Origin: a virus
IMG/VR virus record: IMGVR_UViG_3300030419_007010
Location: 32,001 to 96,000 of that record
Strand: one strand, 5' to 3'
Length of the DNA stretch: 64,000 nt
Position 1 is the stretch's first letter; every line of letters begins with the position of its first letter. The position numbers and the translations under genes are program-made. The notes below the pieces were generated by a model, which was given only the letters and a program-made list of their open reading frames with translations, made no database searches and was not told where the DNA came from. Positions 38,901-48,235 of the stretch are shown here, piece by piece.

Positions 38901-41900
38901 TTTCTTTAAGCTAACCATGGAATCTGTGGTGCAATGATCATTTATAAATTGCATATCCCAATCAGGTTTCAAAGCGTTGGATCCCGGGCTATAGCTAGAA
39001 GTTGCTTTATATGCTCCGTCCAAAACAAAAGTTTTAGAACCAACTGTTAAAGCCTTGCTTTCATCGATCTGGCTAGCGGCTGCCGCTGGATTAAAGTCTA
39101 TCATATCAAAACTTTCCAAATAATAGTCAATCTTGTCTGACATCTTATACTCGGGTAACACCGCATAATCTTTTCCGAATCTTCTTATGTCTTCACTATA
39201 ATCTTCGTATGAGTCGTACCAAGGGTTTCTTCCGGCAATTTTATTTGCTCTATAATACGGAGCAGTCTTGATCCAGCCTTTTTGGCCAGAAGGAGCATTT
39301 TTGTAGAAATAACTTAGATTTGTAGTACCATATCCGGAATCAGTATAGCCCCACTCACTAGAAGCAGATGTGGATCCTAAAGGAAATTTATAAAAATACT
39401 TATCAGAATCTTGATCGGCGTCAACAGCAAACCAATTTGAATAAGGATCTCTATTAAAATACGCAGAAGCTGTTGGAATTCCCATTTTAAGCAAAGGAGT
39501 TGTATCTAAAGCTAGCTGGCCGGGAGAGCCTCTCAAACCTTGCAACGTATTTGAATCAATAGATTGGCCTTGCTCCAAATAGCCTGCAGGAGCATAGGGT
39601 CCTGTGGGATGGCTTCCAGAATAGAAGAGCCAACATTGTCCGCCCCCATATGCAGCCATCGTCGGACCAGAGGCACTAAGTGTGGCACCATATGTATTAT
39701 CATCCAAGGGCCACATAGATAACTGAACAGGGGTATGGGAAGTTCCAGAAAAAATTGGAACTCGATCGCCGGGGAAAGTATCAAACAAATAGGGAATCGA
39801 TCCAGTTGTTTGCCCCCCAAGCAAGCCACTATCAATTTTTTGACCAGAAATATTTCTGGCGGTACCGTCTGTACGCACTCTATCTGAATGTGAGTTTCTC
39901 CAAAAAGTTCTGTAGTTTACACTATCATAACCAGCTACAGCATCAGGGCCGTCCTGGGCCGCTCCTGGGAGTTCCGTGTAATTCGGCCTTCTGGATTTGC
40001 TGGCTATATATGTATTAATATCTTTCGGAAATATTGTCATGGAATACGCAAGAGATCTGAAATCTCCGATGGTTGTTTCCGAGCCATATTGGTCAGAGCC
40101 ATCTCTTATAATTGGAAGCAATAAATCATATGTTTGCTTTTCAGGAAATGGAATATTGGACGAAAATTTACCAGCGTCAGTTTTATTTATTAAATTCAAA
40201 TATTCATTTTTATAATATGCCCTATTATTATCATATGTGTGCTTTAAAGAAAACCCTTTGCCTTGTCCGAGTGGATCAAAATCTGTTCTAATTGGTTTAT
40301 TTCTAGAGGTTACTGCTGACTCTGTAAAAAATAATAATTTGTTTTTAAAAATAGATATTTGTGAAGCCTGCTCTACGACAGTGGCTTCTGAATTTCCGGG
40401 GGCATATCCTCCGGGCATCCCTTCTAGGGTGCCAAAGTCGTAGGTGCCTTCTGGCGCTCCGAGAGGGGGTTCAGGTTTTTGGCCGGGTATTTTATTTCCC
40501 ATGGGTGTATAGATATCAGTATTTTTTATTTCTTCTTCGACGACATTAACTGAATGCAAATTATTCTTTCTCAAATTCTTTGCAACTGGATGATCACCAG
40601 TTCTAATTTGTTTCCAAGAGGGATGTCCATAAGGGCCGTTGCGATGATGGAGAAGTTGGTTCAAAATACTTCCGAAACCTAAAATTTCTGGTTGGCCCGA
40701 GGTGTGCGACGCAGCGTATCCCATATGAATCAAAGCGCCCTGATAAGCAAAGCTAGTTATTGAATCACTATCATGCGCAGAAGCGGGATGGCCTAGGAAA
40801 TTTTGGTTAGATGTAATAGGATCAGTAATATTTGTATTCAATCCAACAAAGTCTACGGGTATAAATTTATTCATTGAAGCCGTGGCGCCGGTCCAACGAG
40901 CATAATTATTTAAAAAGCTCCCTACTTCGCTTTGAGCTAAGAATGTAATCTCCGAAGATTTTTTATCTGCACTATAAGCACCGGTGGCATAACCAAGGGG
41001 AGCAGATTCGCCTTGAGCATGTGTGTTAAGAGAAGCAGTAATCCATGCGTATTGTCTTTCTGATCTTGGAATTGTATGTTGGATATAGTAGTTGTCGTAT
41101 GAAGCGCTAACAACGCTAGCATATCCATCCTGTCCAGTTCCGGGCTCTAGTTGGCGACGGTAACCAGCATTCCTATGAATCTTGTGATAGCTAGCCGTTC
41201 CTGCAGACATGAAATCGATAGAAGCTGTATTGTCATTCATCTTAAAGCCGAACTTACGATTATGAGTTGTCAAGAATCCTCGTAGCGGCTGTCTAACTGA
41301 CAAGTTTCTCCAAGGCAATGCATTATATGGAGAGTAGGTTTCAGATGTTATATCCATTGCTCCGCGAGATAATACTTCGGGGCCACCTGGAGCAGAGAAC
41401 CTTTCGGCGAATACTGTTCTATTTCTAACATTGGTAGTACTAGACGTTAAATAAGAGCGGTCTGGTAATCTAAAGTCTAAGACGCCTGACACATAAGTAG
41501 ATATTGAAGGTTGCCACGCGGAGCCGGTTTCACCCTGAACTAACCACAGATTATTAACATCGCGGCCTTGAGTTTGAACAACTTGATAATTATCAGTATA
41601 ATTGCCCGCTCTAGTTGGGCTCGAACTGGTCATCTTAATATTACGAATGTTTACCGGTCGTTTAGCAAATTCATCGCGATAGTGCGTTGCTCTCGGCCGG
41701 TTAGCATCTTGATAAGTAACATCATAAACTCTAAATGAATCAATTACGTCACCAACAATATTAACATCGTCAATAGCGACGTCGCCTTCGTGAGTGATAC
41801 CTGAAGTATAAAGGAATCTTAAATATATTGGTGTCTCTGTTCCCTTGAAACTATTCAAATCAACCGTTGCCAATTTCCATGGCGCGACTGCGCTAGCTTG

Positions 41901-44900
41901 CTGTTGGCCGGCGATAGAAATTGCTGACGTGCCATCCCAATTGGTTACAAGATCTGTAGCTGTGCCAAAAGCAGAATCAGTAGAATATTGTATTTTTAAT
42001 TCTCCGCAATCCCAGCCAAACATGTGATAGCGGAATGATGCACTAAAATTATTAACGACATCTAAAGGATCAATAGAAGGAGTAACTAATCCGAAAGTCT
42101 TTCCATTAGTATTTGGTACGGATGTCTCCGCATACATATACCATCCAGAGGAATAGCTGCCTGACGGGCCTGTACCGAAAGTTGGGGTGCTACCCGACAT
42201 AGATATCCAACCAGAAGGATCAATAGCCGTAGAGCCAAGATTTTGCCAATCTGTGGGCAGATAACTTGAGGATGCTCTTAAGGATTCTGGAACAGAACTG
42301 CCGTATTCGAAACCTTCATCAATGAAGTTATTTAGGTATAAGCCTCCGATGGGAACCTTAAGATACCAGCCCTCTGCACGGGTTGACTCTGTATCAAGAG
42401 ATTTTTTGTCATCTTGGTAATTTAATTCTGTATGTCTATATTGTAAGCCACCAACATATTTTTCAGTAAATGGGCCCTGAAGTGGTGTTTCTTTAGTATT
42501 ACCGTAATAGTTGTCTTCGTGAAGATTAGTAATATCTAGCATTGTATTTTTGGCTAGATCTCCAACGTAACCTTGTGTAACTGAAGAAGAATGCAAACTA
42601 AACGGTACATATAGTTCGCCTTTACCAGTGGTATACTCACTATCTGTGGACATGTGAGTTGAAGCTTTAAATTTAATCTTACTTTCTGTTAGTGGATTAG
42701 TTATGTCATTGCAGTCAGTGTTCTCGACAAAATCATTTTTATGAATTCTAATAAAAGAATTGCTGTCATTCCATTTAAGTGTATTTTTGTAATAATCTTT
42801 CTTTTTGTTCTCGTAAGAATTTGGGCCGCCTTTTACATGTACACTCTTATCAACATCAAAACGATATGTCTTTGAAAGTTTTCTTAAGGCGTAAGTTGAT
42901 CCTTCGTATGCTTTCGAAGTAGAAGTATCGTATAATACAGGGCCAGAAGCAGATACTTCTGTTGTTATAGTCTTGAGAAGACTTTCTTTATCTAAATTAA
43001 CCCCGGGGACGCTCGAAGATATTTCAGCTTGCGATCTTTCGGCTCTTTCTTTCCACCAAAAACAATTTTTATTTTCAGGAAGAGGAGAATTTGGAAGAGG
43101 TGCATGTCCATATTTCCAATTATAAGATAGTTCATTAATTCCCATAACTTTAGCTACAGGATCTTTGCCTTTTGACTCTAGCGTTGGAAATTTAGTCCAA
43201 TATTTGTTTCTTTCAAGAATATGACTCTCAACCATATTATGGACTTGTCCCGACGTATTAGCAGAAGCGGGAATTAGATTCATAATCATTTTTGTGATCG
43301 ACGAATCAAACCATTTATAGAATTCTACATATTTGTCCAAGTCCGGAGTATTGTGAATTCTCTCAAAGAACAATTGTCTTAATTTTTCTAGACTTTTATA
43401 TTCTTGCCGATATCTATTAACCGGCTCGCCTATTAAATTACTGAAATCTTTTACAGATGAAAAGAAATTAAGAATCTCTTCAGAAATTGTCTGATACATG
43501 CTTTTTTCAATAGCAATATAATATTGTATTGGTCTTGTTTCTCTAGTGAACGTTGTATCATCTCTTTTTAGAATATTAACCATGTCAGAAGAGTTTAAAA
43601 CTTCCGGCAATTGCTGTCTTGCAGAGGGAGTATAAATTTTATCGACAACGTGATGACTACTGGTGACAAAGTATTGTCCCTTGCCAGAATGCAGATTATT
43701 TAATATTCCACTTAGCCTGCCATACCGGTCTGCATGCAGAGAAGAACCAGAGGAAAAATCATTTACATAAAAAATACCTGTTGAGTCCGAGCCCGTCACA
43801 TTCGAAAAATCCCAGTTAAGTGCTAGCGTTTCCATTTTTGGAATAAACGGATACGAGCCGTCTTTCCCGTCCGCATAAGTTGTTGATATTCCTGATTTAA
43901 ACAAATACGAATTTTTATATGGGTTATCGGAACCAAAGTTAAGAGCATCACGCGCGTGAGCTTGGATAACAGACGAAGTTAAATAATCTAACCAATACCT
44001 GACGGAAGAAATTTTAGCATTACTTTCTTTTAATATGGTACCTGTTGTGTTTGTTCTCAAGGCCCCGGCATAAACTTTCTTTGGAGCTGAAACTAAAATA
44101 TTACCAGTTAAATATGGCAATGATGATGTTAAGGAGAATTCATCAACTATTGTTCCATATTCTGTATTCGTGCCATAAAATTCTAGTATATAATCATCTA
44201 AAGCATTAGGAAGATGAATTGGTCCAGAAGATGAAAGTTTTGTACCCGTTACAATATCTGTAAACGGATGCTTCTTTGGCCTTACGCTTACGGCAAAGTT
44301 CCATTTAGAATTATCAAAAACATCATAATAAGTTGAACTAGAAAGGAAGAAATCATTATTTTCGTTAGTTAAAATAAATCTAGCGTCTAAAGAATCCTTG
44401 TCTGGCTTTACTGCATATACATTAAATTGAGCAACATTGCCGGTATGCCACGTCGTTTGATCAGTTGGTAGTCTTGAATCAACCTGATTCATACCAAAAA
44501 CAGAACATGTTAAATGAGGATATGAAATATAATATTTTTTGGTCTGCGATGGTTTAGGAAAAATAGCTTCTGCCTCTGCCGTAAACGAAAAACCGTCTAA
44601 ATATTTTTCACTGTCTACATCTGTTCCAGAAATAAACGAAACTGTATTGCTATCAATCGGATTGGCAGCCTGATATACTACCGCGCTATAAGCGGCGCGG
44701 TCCGTAGAGTAGTCCTCTGCTGAATATATATAATCATTAAAATCTGCGTACTTTTTAGCCTGCGAGATGGTTCTATAGTTTTCTTCTAGTTTATACGTAA
44801 CTTCATTGCCGTACAGATTAATCTTCAACAATTCGTCATCGATACCAAAGCATCGTATTAAATTTCTTAAAGCTCTCTCTGTTCCTTTTGATTTGTATAT

Positions 44901-46697
44901 TCTAGAAATGCCGTTATAAATGTTTTGATAAATAAGATTTTTTAAATCATGTAATTTCTCTTCGTATAAAGCGTGCTCGTTTCTATTATAATATTTTTCA
45001 AGAGCGGTGATGTCTTCAAACAATTCAGAAGTATCAAATCCGTAAGATTCCAGAAGATGATCAGAAAAAGGTCGAGGCTTATAGCTTAATTTATTTCCTA
45101 AACTACTAGATGGAAAACCGGCTTGTTTCAAATTAGGTAGATAATCGATCTGAAGCTGTAAGTTATCAAACACACTAGCCATTATATGTGTTAACTTCTT
45201 TAAATTATTACCATCTTTTTCTTCGTCCTCGTCAATAATCCAAGACGGAAAAGAGCGATAAATTGAAGAATTGTTACTGTAGTCCCATTCTTTAGCTTTT
45301 AAGGATGATGAACTAGCTAATTCTAAAACTTTTGGATGAAAAGAATAAACAATTGGATCTCGAAATTCTGTTGCCGAGGCGGAGGCTTCTACTATAGCAG
45401 AACTCACAACATTTCTGGAGCCAGAAGCGTATCCAACCCAAGAGCCGTTACTAATTCGACCGGAATAATCTAGTACCTTAGAATCAACAGAACCCGTTCC
45501 TGTGGCGCCTTCATTAAACTTATAATATACCCCCAGTTGTGTGTTAGCATCATCAGTATTTGTGCCTCCACCAACTTGAGTTCTCCAAAATCTGCCAATT
45601 TGTTTTGGAGTTCTTTCTGTTTTCCAATATCTAAATTCATCAATAGAGCCACTTAATTTGCCCCAGCCAGTAGAAGCATATGCTCCGGAAACACTAGTTG
45701 CTAAGGCCCCAATATAGCCTTTCATTGCTCCGGGGACAGAGCCTATGCTATTACCAAGAATTTTTTGCTCATGAAGTTGGCCGTCAACATATAGTCTCAA
45801 GCGCATGGCGCTGCCAGTATTGGCTACGGAGATAGCGTAATGTTTCCAAGTAGAACCAGTTATTGCTATATTACTACCGATAGACGTCGCTAAAGCGGCC
45901 GAAGAACCATCATAAATACCGCCGGCTGGACCACTAGTTGTTGTTCCGTGCGCGCCAGAAATAAGCGAAACCCAGAGTCTATCACCTGACCCTGTAGCTG
46001 ACGGGCGAGTTTCAACACGGAAGCGACCGTAGTCGTGATCACCAAAGTTTCCGCTATTCCATAAATCAAAGATAACTTGATTTGAAGATTCGTGTGGGCT
46101 TACAAATAAGCTTTTTTTCAACCAAAACTCAACAGTAGATCCCTTATCACCATCTAATAATAGATTGGATCCTCTATTAGAGGCAGTGTGAAATACATTT
46201 GCGGCTGGATGTTCATTGTAGGTTTTATTAAATCTACCGTCCTTCATATCTCCAGTCGGACTAGCATGAGGGCCGCCTTTAACTACAATAAATTCACCAA
46301 CACTGCTAGTAAAATAGCCTTGAGAACTATTTCCGAGCGTACCATAAGTTTTACCAATGTGGATATAACCTGTTCTTCTCGGGTACTCTCTCTCAAAAAT
46401 AAATTTATCTAAATATGAGGCAGAATTTTCCCATTCAAGCTTTTCTTTTAGCGAGCCGTCGTAAGGATACGTATTATATATTTTTTTAATAGAATTAGAA
46501 TAATACTGTTCAGCAGAGCCGTAGTGTGCAAAATTTTCAGGTTTAGAAAAATCAACCGGAGGAAGATACCTTTCTTTATCCTTGGCATGTGCAGTGAGAT
46601 AATCAACAGATTCTATACCATCAGTAAGAGTTTCTCTTGTTTTAGATGATAAAATTTTGCCTGTCTGATTCTTGTCAAAAAGATCCTTAATGCTCAT
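35982..46697 (-). CDS. Giant baseplate wedge-like protein with LamG-like and MAM domains (3571 aa)
   Basis: LamG pattern TVEFW...WKHYAI...LYVDG...GSIDEFRYW; wedge-like YKSKGTERAL; MAM pattern TPxxxTGP...YMYAETS...FRYHMFG...GDVAIDDV. Confidence 0.65.
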   Translation of the reverse strand: MSIKDLFDKNQTGKILSSKTRETLTDGIESVDYLTAHAKDKERYLPPVDFSKPENFAHYGSAEQYYSNSIKKIYNTYPYDGSLKEKLEWENSASYLDKFIFEREYPRRTGYIHIGKTYGTLGNSSQGYFTSSVGEFIVVKGGPHASPTGDMKDGRFNKTYNEHPAANVFHTASNRGSNLLLDGDKGSTVEFWLKKSLFVSPHESSNQVIFDLWNSGNFGDHDYGRFRVETRPSATGSGDRLWVSLISGAHGTTTSGPAGGIYDGSSAALATSIGSNIAITGSTWKHYAISVANTGSAMRLRLYVDGQLHEQKILGNSIGSVPGAMKGYIGALATSVSGAYASTGWGKLSGSIDEFRYWKTERTPKQIGRFWRTQVGGGTNTDDANTQLGVYYKFNEGATGTGSVDSKVLDYSGRISNGSWVGYASGSRNVVSSAIVEASASATEFRDPIVYSFHPKVLELASSSSLKAKEWDYSNNSSIYRSFPSWIIDEDEEKDGNNLKKLTHIMASVFDNLQLQIDYLPNLKQAGFPSSSLGNKLSYKPRPFSDHLLESYGFDTSELFEDITALEKYYNRNEHALYEEKLHDLKNLIYQNIYNGISRIYKSKGTERALRNLIRCFGIDDELLKINLYGNEVTYKLEENYRTISQAKKYADFNDYIYSAEDYSTDRAAYSAVVYQAANPIDSNTVSFISGTDVDSEKYLDGFSFTAEAEAIFPKPSQTKKYYISYPHLTCSVFGMNQVDSRLPTDQTTWHTGNVAQFNVYAVKPDKDSLDARFILTNENNDFFLSSSTYYDVFDNSKWNFAVSVRPKKHPFTDIVTGTKLSSSGPIHLPNALDDYILEFYGTNTEYGTIVDEFSLTSSLPYLTGNILVSAPKKVYAGALRTNTTGTILKESNAKISSVRYWLDYLTSSVIQAHARDALNFGSDNPYKNSYLFKSGISTTYADGKDGSYPFIPKMETLALNWDFSNVTGSDSTGIFYVNDFSSGSSLHADRYGRLSGILNNLHSGKGQYFVTSSHHVVDKIYTPSARQQLPEVLNSSDMVNILKRDDTTFTRETRPIQYYIAIEKSMYQTISEEILNFFSSVKDFSNLIGEPVNRYRQEYKSLEKLRQLFFERIHNTPDLDKYVEFYKWFDSSITKMIMNLIPASANTSGQVHNMVESHILERNKYWTKFPTLESKGKDPVAKVMGINELSYNWKYGHAPLPNSPLPENKNCFWWKERAERSQAEISSSVPGVNLDKESLLKTITTEVSASGPVLYDTSTSKAYEGSTYALRKLSKTYRFDVDKSVHVKGGPNSYENKKKDYYKNTLKWNDSNSFIRIHKNDFVENTDCNDITNPLTESKIKFKASTHMSTDSEYTTGKGELYVPFSLHSSSVTQGYVGDLAKNTMLDITNLHEDNYYGNTKETPLQGPFTEKYVGGLQYRHTELNYQDDKKSLDTESTRAEGWYLKVPIGGLYLNNFIDEGFEYGSSVPESLRASSSYLPTDWQNLGSTAIDPSGWISMSGSTPTFGTGPSGSYSSGWYMYAETSVPNTNGKTFGLVTPSIDPLDVVNNFSASFRYHMFGWDCGELKIQYSTDSAFGTATDLVTNWDGTSAISIAGQQQASAVAPWKLATVDLNSFKGTETPIYLRFLYTSGITHEGDVAIDDVNIVGDVIDSFRVYDVTYQDANRPRATHYRDEFAKRPVNIRNIKMTSSSPTRAGNYTDNYQVVQTQGRDVNNLWLVQGETGSAWQPSISTYVSGVLDFRLPDRSYLTSSTTNVRNRTVFAERFSAPGGPEVLSRGAMDITSETYSPYNALPWRNLSVRQPLRGFLTTHNRKFGFKMNDNTASIDFMSAGTASYHKIHRNAGYRRQLEPGTGQDGYASVVSASYDNYYIQHTIPRSERQYAWITASLNTHAQGESAPLGYATGAYSADKKSSEITFLAQSEVGSFLNNYARWTGATASMNKFIPVDFVGLNTNITDPITSNQNFLGHPASAHDSDSITSFAYQGALIHMGYAASHTSGQPEILGFGSILNQLLHHRNGPYGHPSWKQIRTGDHPVAKNLRKNNLHSVNVVEEEIKNTDIYTPMGNKIPGQKPEPPLGAPEGTYDFGTLEGMPGGYAPGNSEATVVEQASQISIFKNKLLFFTESAVTSRNKPIRTDFDPLGQGKGFSLKHTYDNNRAYYKNEYLNLINKTDAGKFSSNIPFPEKQTYDLLLPIIRDGSDQYGSETTIGDFRSLAYSMTIFPKDINTYIASKSRRPNYTELPGAAQDGPDAVAGYDSVNYRTFWRNSHSDRVRTDGTARNISGQKIDSGLLGGQTTGSIPYLFDTFPGDRVPIFSGTSHTPVQLSMWPLDDNTYGATLSASGPTMAAYGGGQCWLFYSGSHPTGPYAPAGYLEQGQSIDSNTLQGLRGSPGQLALDTTPLLKMGIPTASAYFNRDPYSNWFAVDADQDSDKYFYKFPLGSTSASSEWGYTDSGYGTTNLSYFYKNAPSGQKGWIKTAPYYRANKIAGRNPWYDSYEDYSEDIRRFGKDYAVLPEYKMSDKIDYYLESFDMIDFNPAAAASQIDESKALTVGSKTFVLDGAYKATSSYSPGSNALKPDWDMQFINDHCTTDSMVSLKKIHEDLTSLDPGQGTQQQDIVPTHIILRLDAIKKLLPYNGFYPATRTQQLAQLYQESINPFIRTTGTIGPHGEALYEAGKMQAAFQPLFAPGILFNSIKSGIAVDWPNYILNAPATNEGENSNWGGATGFNMTNNWASGSSLSTDPDYRVPFESLVNLDRLVPNAIGFDLNGLPKMIARSSPLIEPTFGSASGPSAGSSDDYGQSFDWNYGSVHSFVWDDKKRNKQFEIAMNNFIAEVPNFFLKSRGRNGIFSADSSQMNTPEVGKTYYMEVVLEKIEHPVTYDLVMAEGPRDQLILSRFTGAFSPNTAEHGYLNHQWNFADPQAGPRKGYIFGPPAARSASANAGKDVYPNRPDVDTVHWPHASRGWRQLTGSSDFDHVVQSIASRPSGSTSGSADRFFNNSEMDPAYAMYTPPYYYGKSVAQIRWTAPDSEEGGANAVSIDEIMSQIQGSSVTDKVGVSYYNEYDSIIVPNSNASFDLLSPQRQSDIVKDQDGNRTGVHIRAKDLLHPYSIAAKNTMAITASLNLFDKIPVKQVQYGALAGPDGKFGVKGYSDSDGFDKIAWAIRPKWECPVICVSASSYDSGYNHDVESGPYFSKRTGRSIWNSYANVHSEDPSQWIYEGGKPIKKGIKYYLREAIDQNDPNYDINKSGSLIQLLKFDSMTNMNSIADSTGDTEIEKRVGELADSAEVAECIVAIPYVEEPIENLTVQPFRKVSNGHIINAIPINQNSYYHQFLNLRNPEVDYVAIEGSVKRSRTSISDLIKNMRKYIFPPMIDFYSQGLSESNLSEYSETKVSDAFGSVNTSQGILPFVMYTFEITSKLDKKDLGDIWQNIMPKQATAAEQEFSVKSHGINKSTDRWEFFGMLDQIKSYMPGGNKIEYYDGPDIPDDSPAGNKSSLEKIFNQELKWLVFKVKKRANNRYESLMDMDAFKDNDTVSIKEKISYNWPHDFYSLSELNKLTAEIMFGPRSED

Positions 46698-48234
46698 TCT
46701 TTTCTACTCTAAACTTAAATGATTCTGGCTGTTCTTGATACGTGCCATTAATATAATACGAAAACTTTAATTCATACATGTACCCTGGTTCCAACAAAGA
46801 CATATCAAAATCTAAATAACTTCCTGATACATCGTATGACATTTTAGTATACTTTAAATGTCCGCTTCCTGTGCCATACGGAATTACTTCTAAGTTATCT
46901 TCTACTCTCACAATTTTGTAAAAAGCGTCTTCAATAATCTGTGTTGGAATTTCTTTAGTAACCTTTGTGTAAACCGAAGGACACCAGTCTTTATCTCTAA
47001 TAAATAATCTTAATTTTGGTTCTTCTTTATCATTATATGCTGATTTTAAGTCTAAGACAGACGTAACATATTTATTAGTTGGATTAATATTTGAACCTTC
47101 TAAAGTTTTTGGTACGATGGTTCCTGTATGATAATTTCTACTCCCTCCTGCATTTGGACTAGAGGTAGAGCCAGTGTACCATACATCAAATAATCGTGTT
47201 AATGGAGTCGATGCAGCAGTCAATGCAAAAGATGCAGAGTATATTCCGGTAGAAACATATGCGCCCGTAATAACAGTGGGAGTGTGTGAATTAACATGTA
47301 CTCCATCTGCGGTAGGTGTCAAAGCGAAAGTTGACGGACCATCGTTATGTAATGTTCCAGAGAAGATCTGTACATAAATTGCTTCTTTAGTTGTGCCGGC
47401 ATCTGGAATATTCTTTAGCTGCCCTCTAACAAAGTTGTACAAATAAATAGAATTTAAATTATCATCCCCAGTTGCTAATGAGCTGCTGTAGAAAAAGTTT
47501 CCTCTTTGATCTGATTTTGATGAATCCCATCTTGCTTCAATATTTGGTCTCTTGAAAAAATATTCAGAGCCGCGGCCAAAAAACTTTTTGGTGTAATATG
47601 ATTTTTCATCGTCACCAGATTGAGTTAACTCTTGAGAATCTATAAGTTTTACGGCGACGCCATAGTTGGTAAACCCGCTACCATCGCCGGTTCCTGTTCC
47701 AGATGAACCTATTAACCATTTCTCGACTAATGGAGAAATATCAACCTCTAAGTTTTCGGTTCCTCCAGAGAAGGATTGAGTAAATTTTGTGCCGGCATGA
47801 AAATCTCCGCCGGCGGTCGACCACGTAACATCATTAGATGAACTTACCCAGTTAGTGGCCCCTGTATCTTTATATTCTTCCATATCTAACCCAGTACCTT
47901 CGTCCCACGAAGCGGAAATTGGAAGAATTTCTAGAGTAAAATCTCTAGGTAATGTTTGTGTGTGCTTGGCGTTGTAGAGCCTTAAAAAGAAATCAACACT
48001 ACCACTAGCCGGGATTGCCCCGTCGTCGCGAGAAGCAGAAAGCGCACTAATGTCAAACTGCACTAAAGCACGCGAAGCCTCCAAAGAACCAGTGTCAGAT
48101 TGTGCAAATATAGAAAAAACTTCCATAACATCAGAAGCACCCATATTTGAAGCAGTTGCTCGGGTAATTAAGTTTTGTTTGAAAGCATTAGTTATTGTTG
48201 TATCTTTTGTAGCAAAAAATCTTTTTATAGCCAT
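46687..48234 (-). CDS. Structural protein with DNRLRE-like N-terminal domain (515 aa)
   Basis: KDTTI...NMG...RALVQFDIS...LRLY...SWDEG pattern. Confidence 0.55.
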   Translation of the reverse strand: MAIKRFFATKDTTITNAFKQNLITRATASNMGASDVMEVFSIFAQSDTGSLEASRALVQFDISALSASRDDGAIPASGSVDFFLRLYNAKHTQTLPRDFTLEILPISASWDEGTGLDMEEYKDTGATNWVSSSNDVTWSTAGGDFHAGTKFTQSFSGGTENLEVDISPLVEKWLIGSSGTGTGDGSGFTNYGVAVKLIDSQELTQSGDDEKSYYTKKFFGRGSEYFFKRPNIEARWDSSKSDQRGNFFYSSSLATGDDNLNSIYLYNFVRGQLKNIPDAGTTKEAIYVQIFSGTLHNDGPSTFALTPTADGVHVNSHTPTVITGAYVSTGIYSASFALTAASTPLTRLFDVWYTGSTSSPNAGGSRNYHTGTIVPKTLEGSNINPTNKYVTSVLDLKSAYNDKEEPKLRLFIRDKDWCPSVYTKVTKEIPTQIIEDAFYKIVRVEDNLEVIPYGTGSGHLKYTKMSYDVSGSYLDFDMSLLEPGYMYELKFSYYINGTYQEQPESFKFRVEKNEH

Positions 48235-48235
48235 T

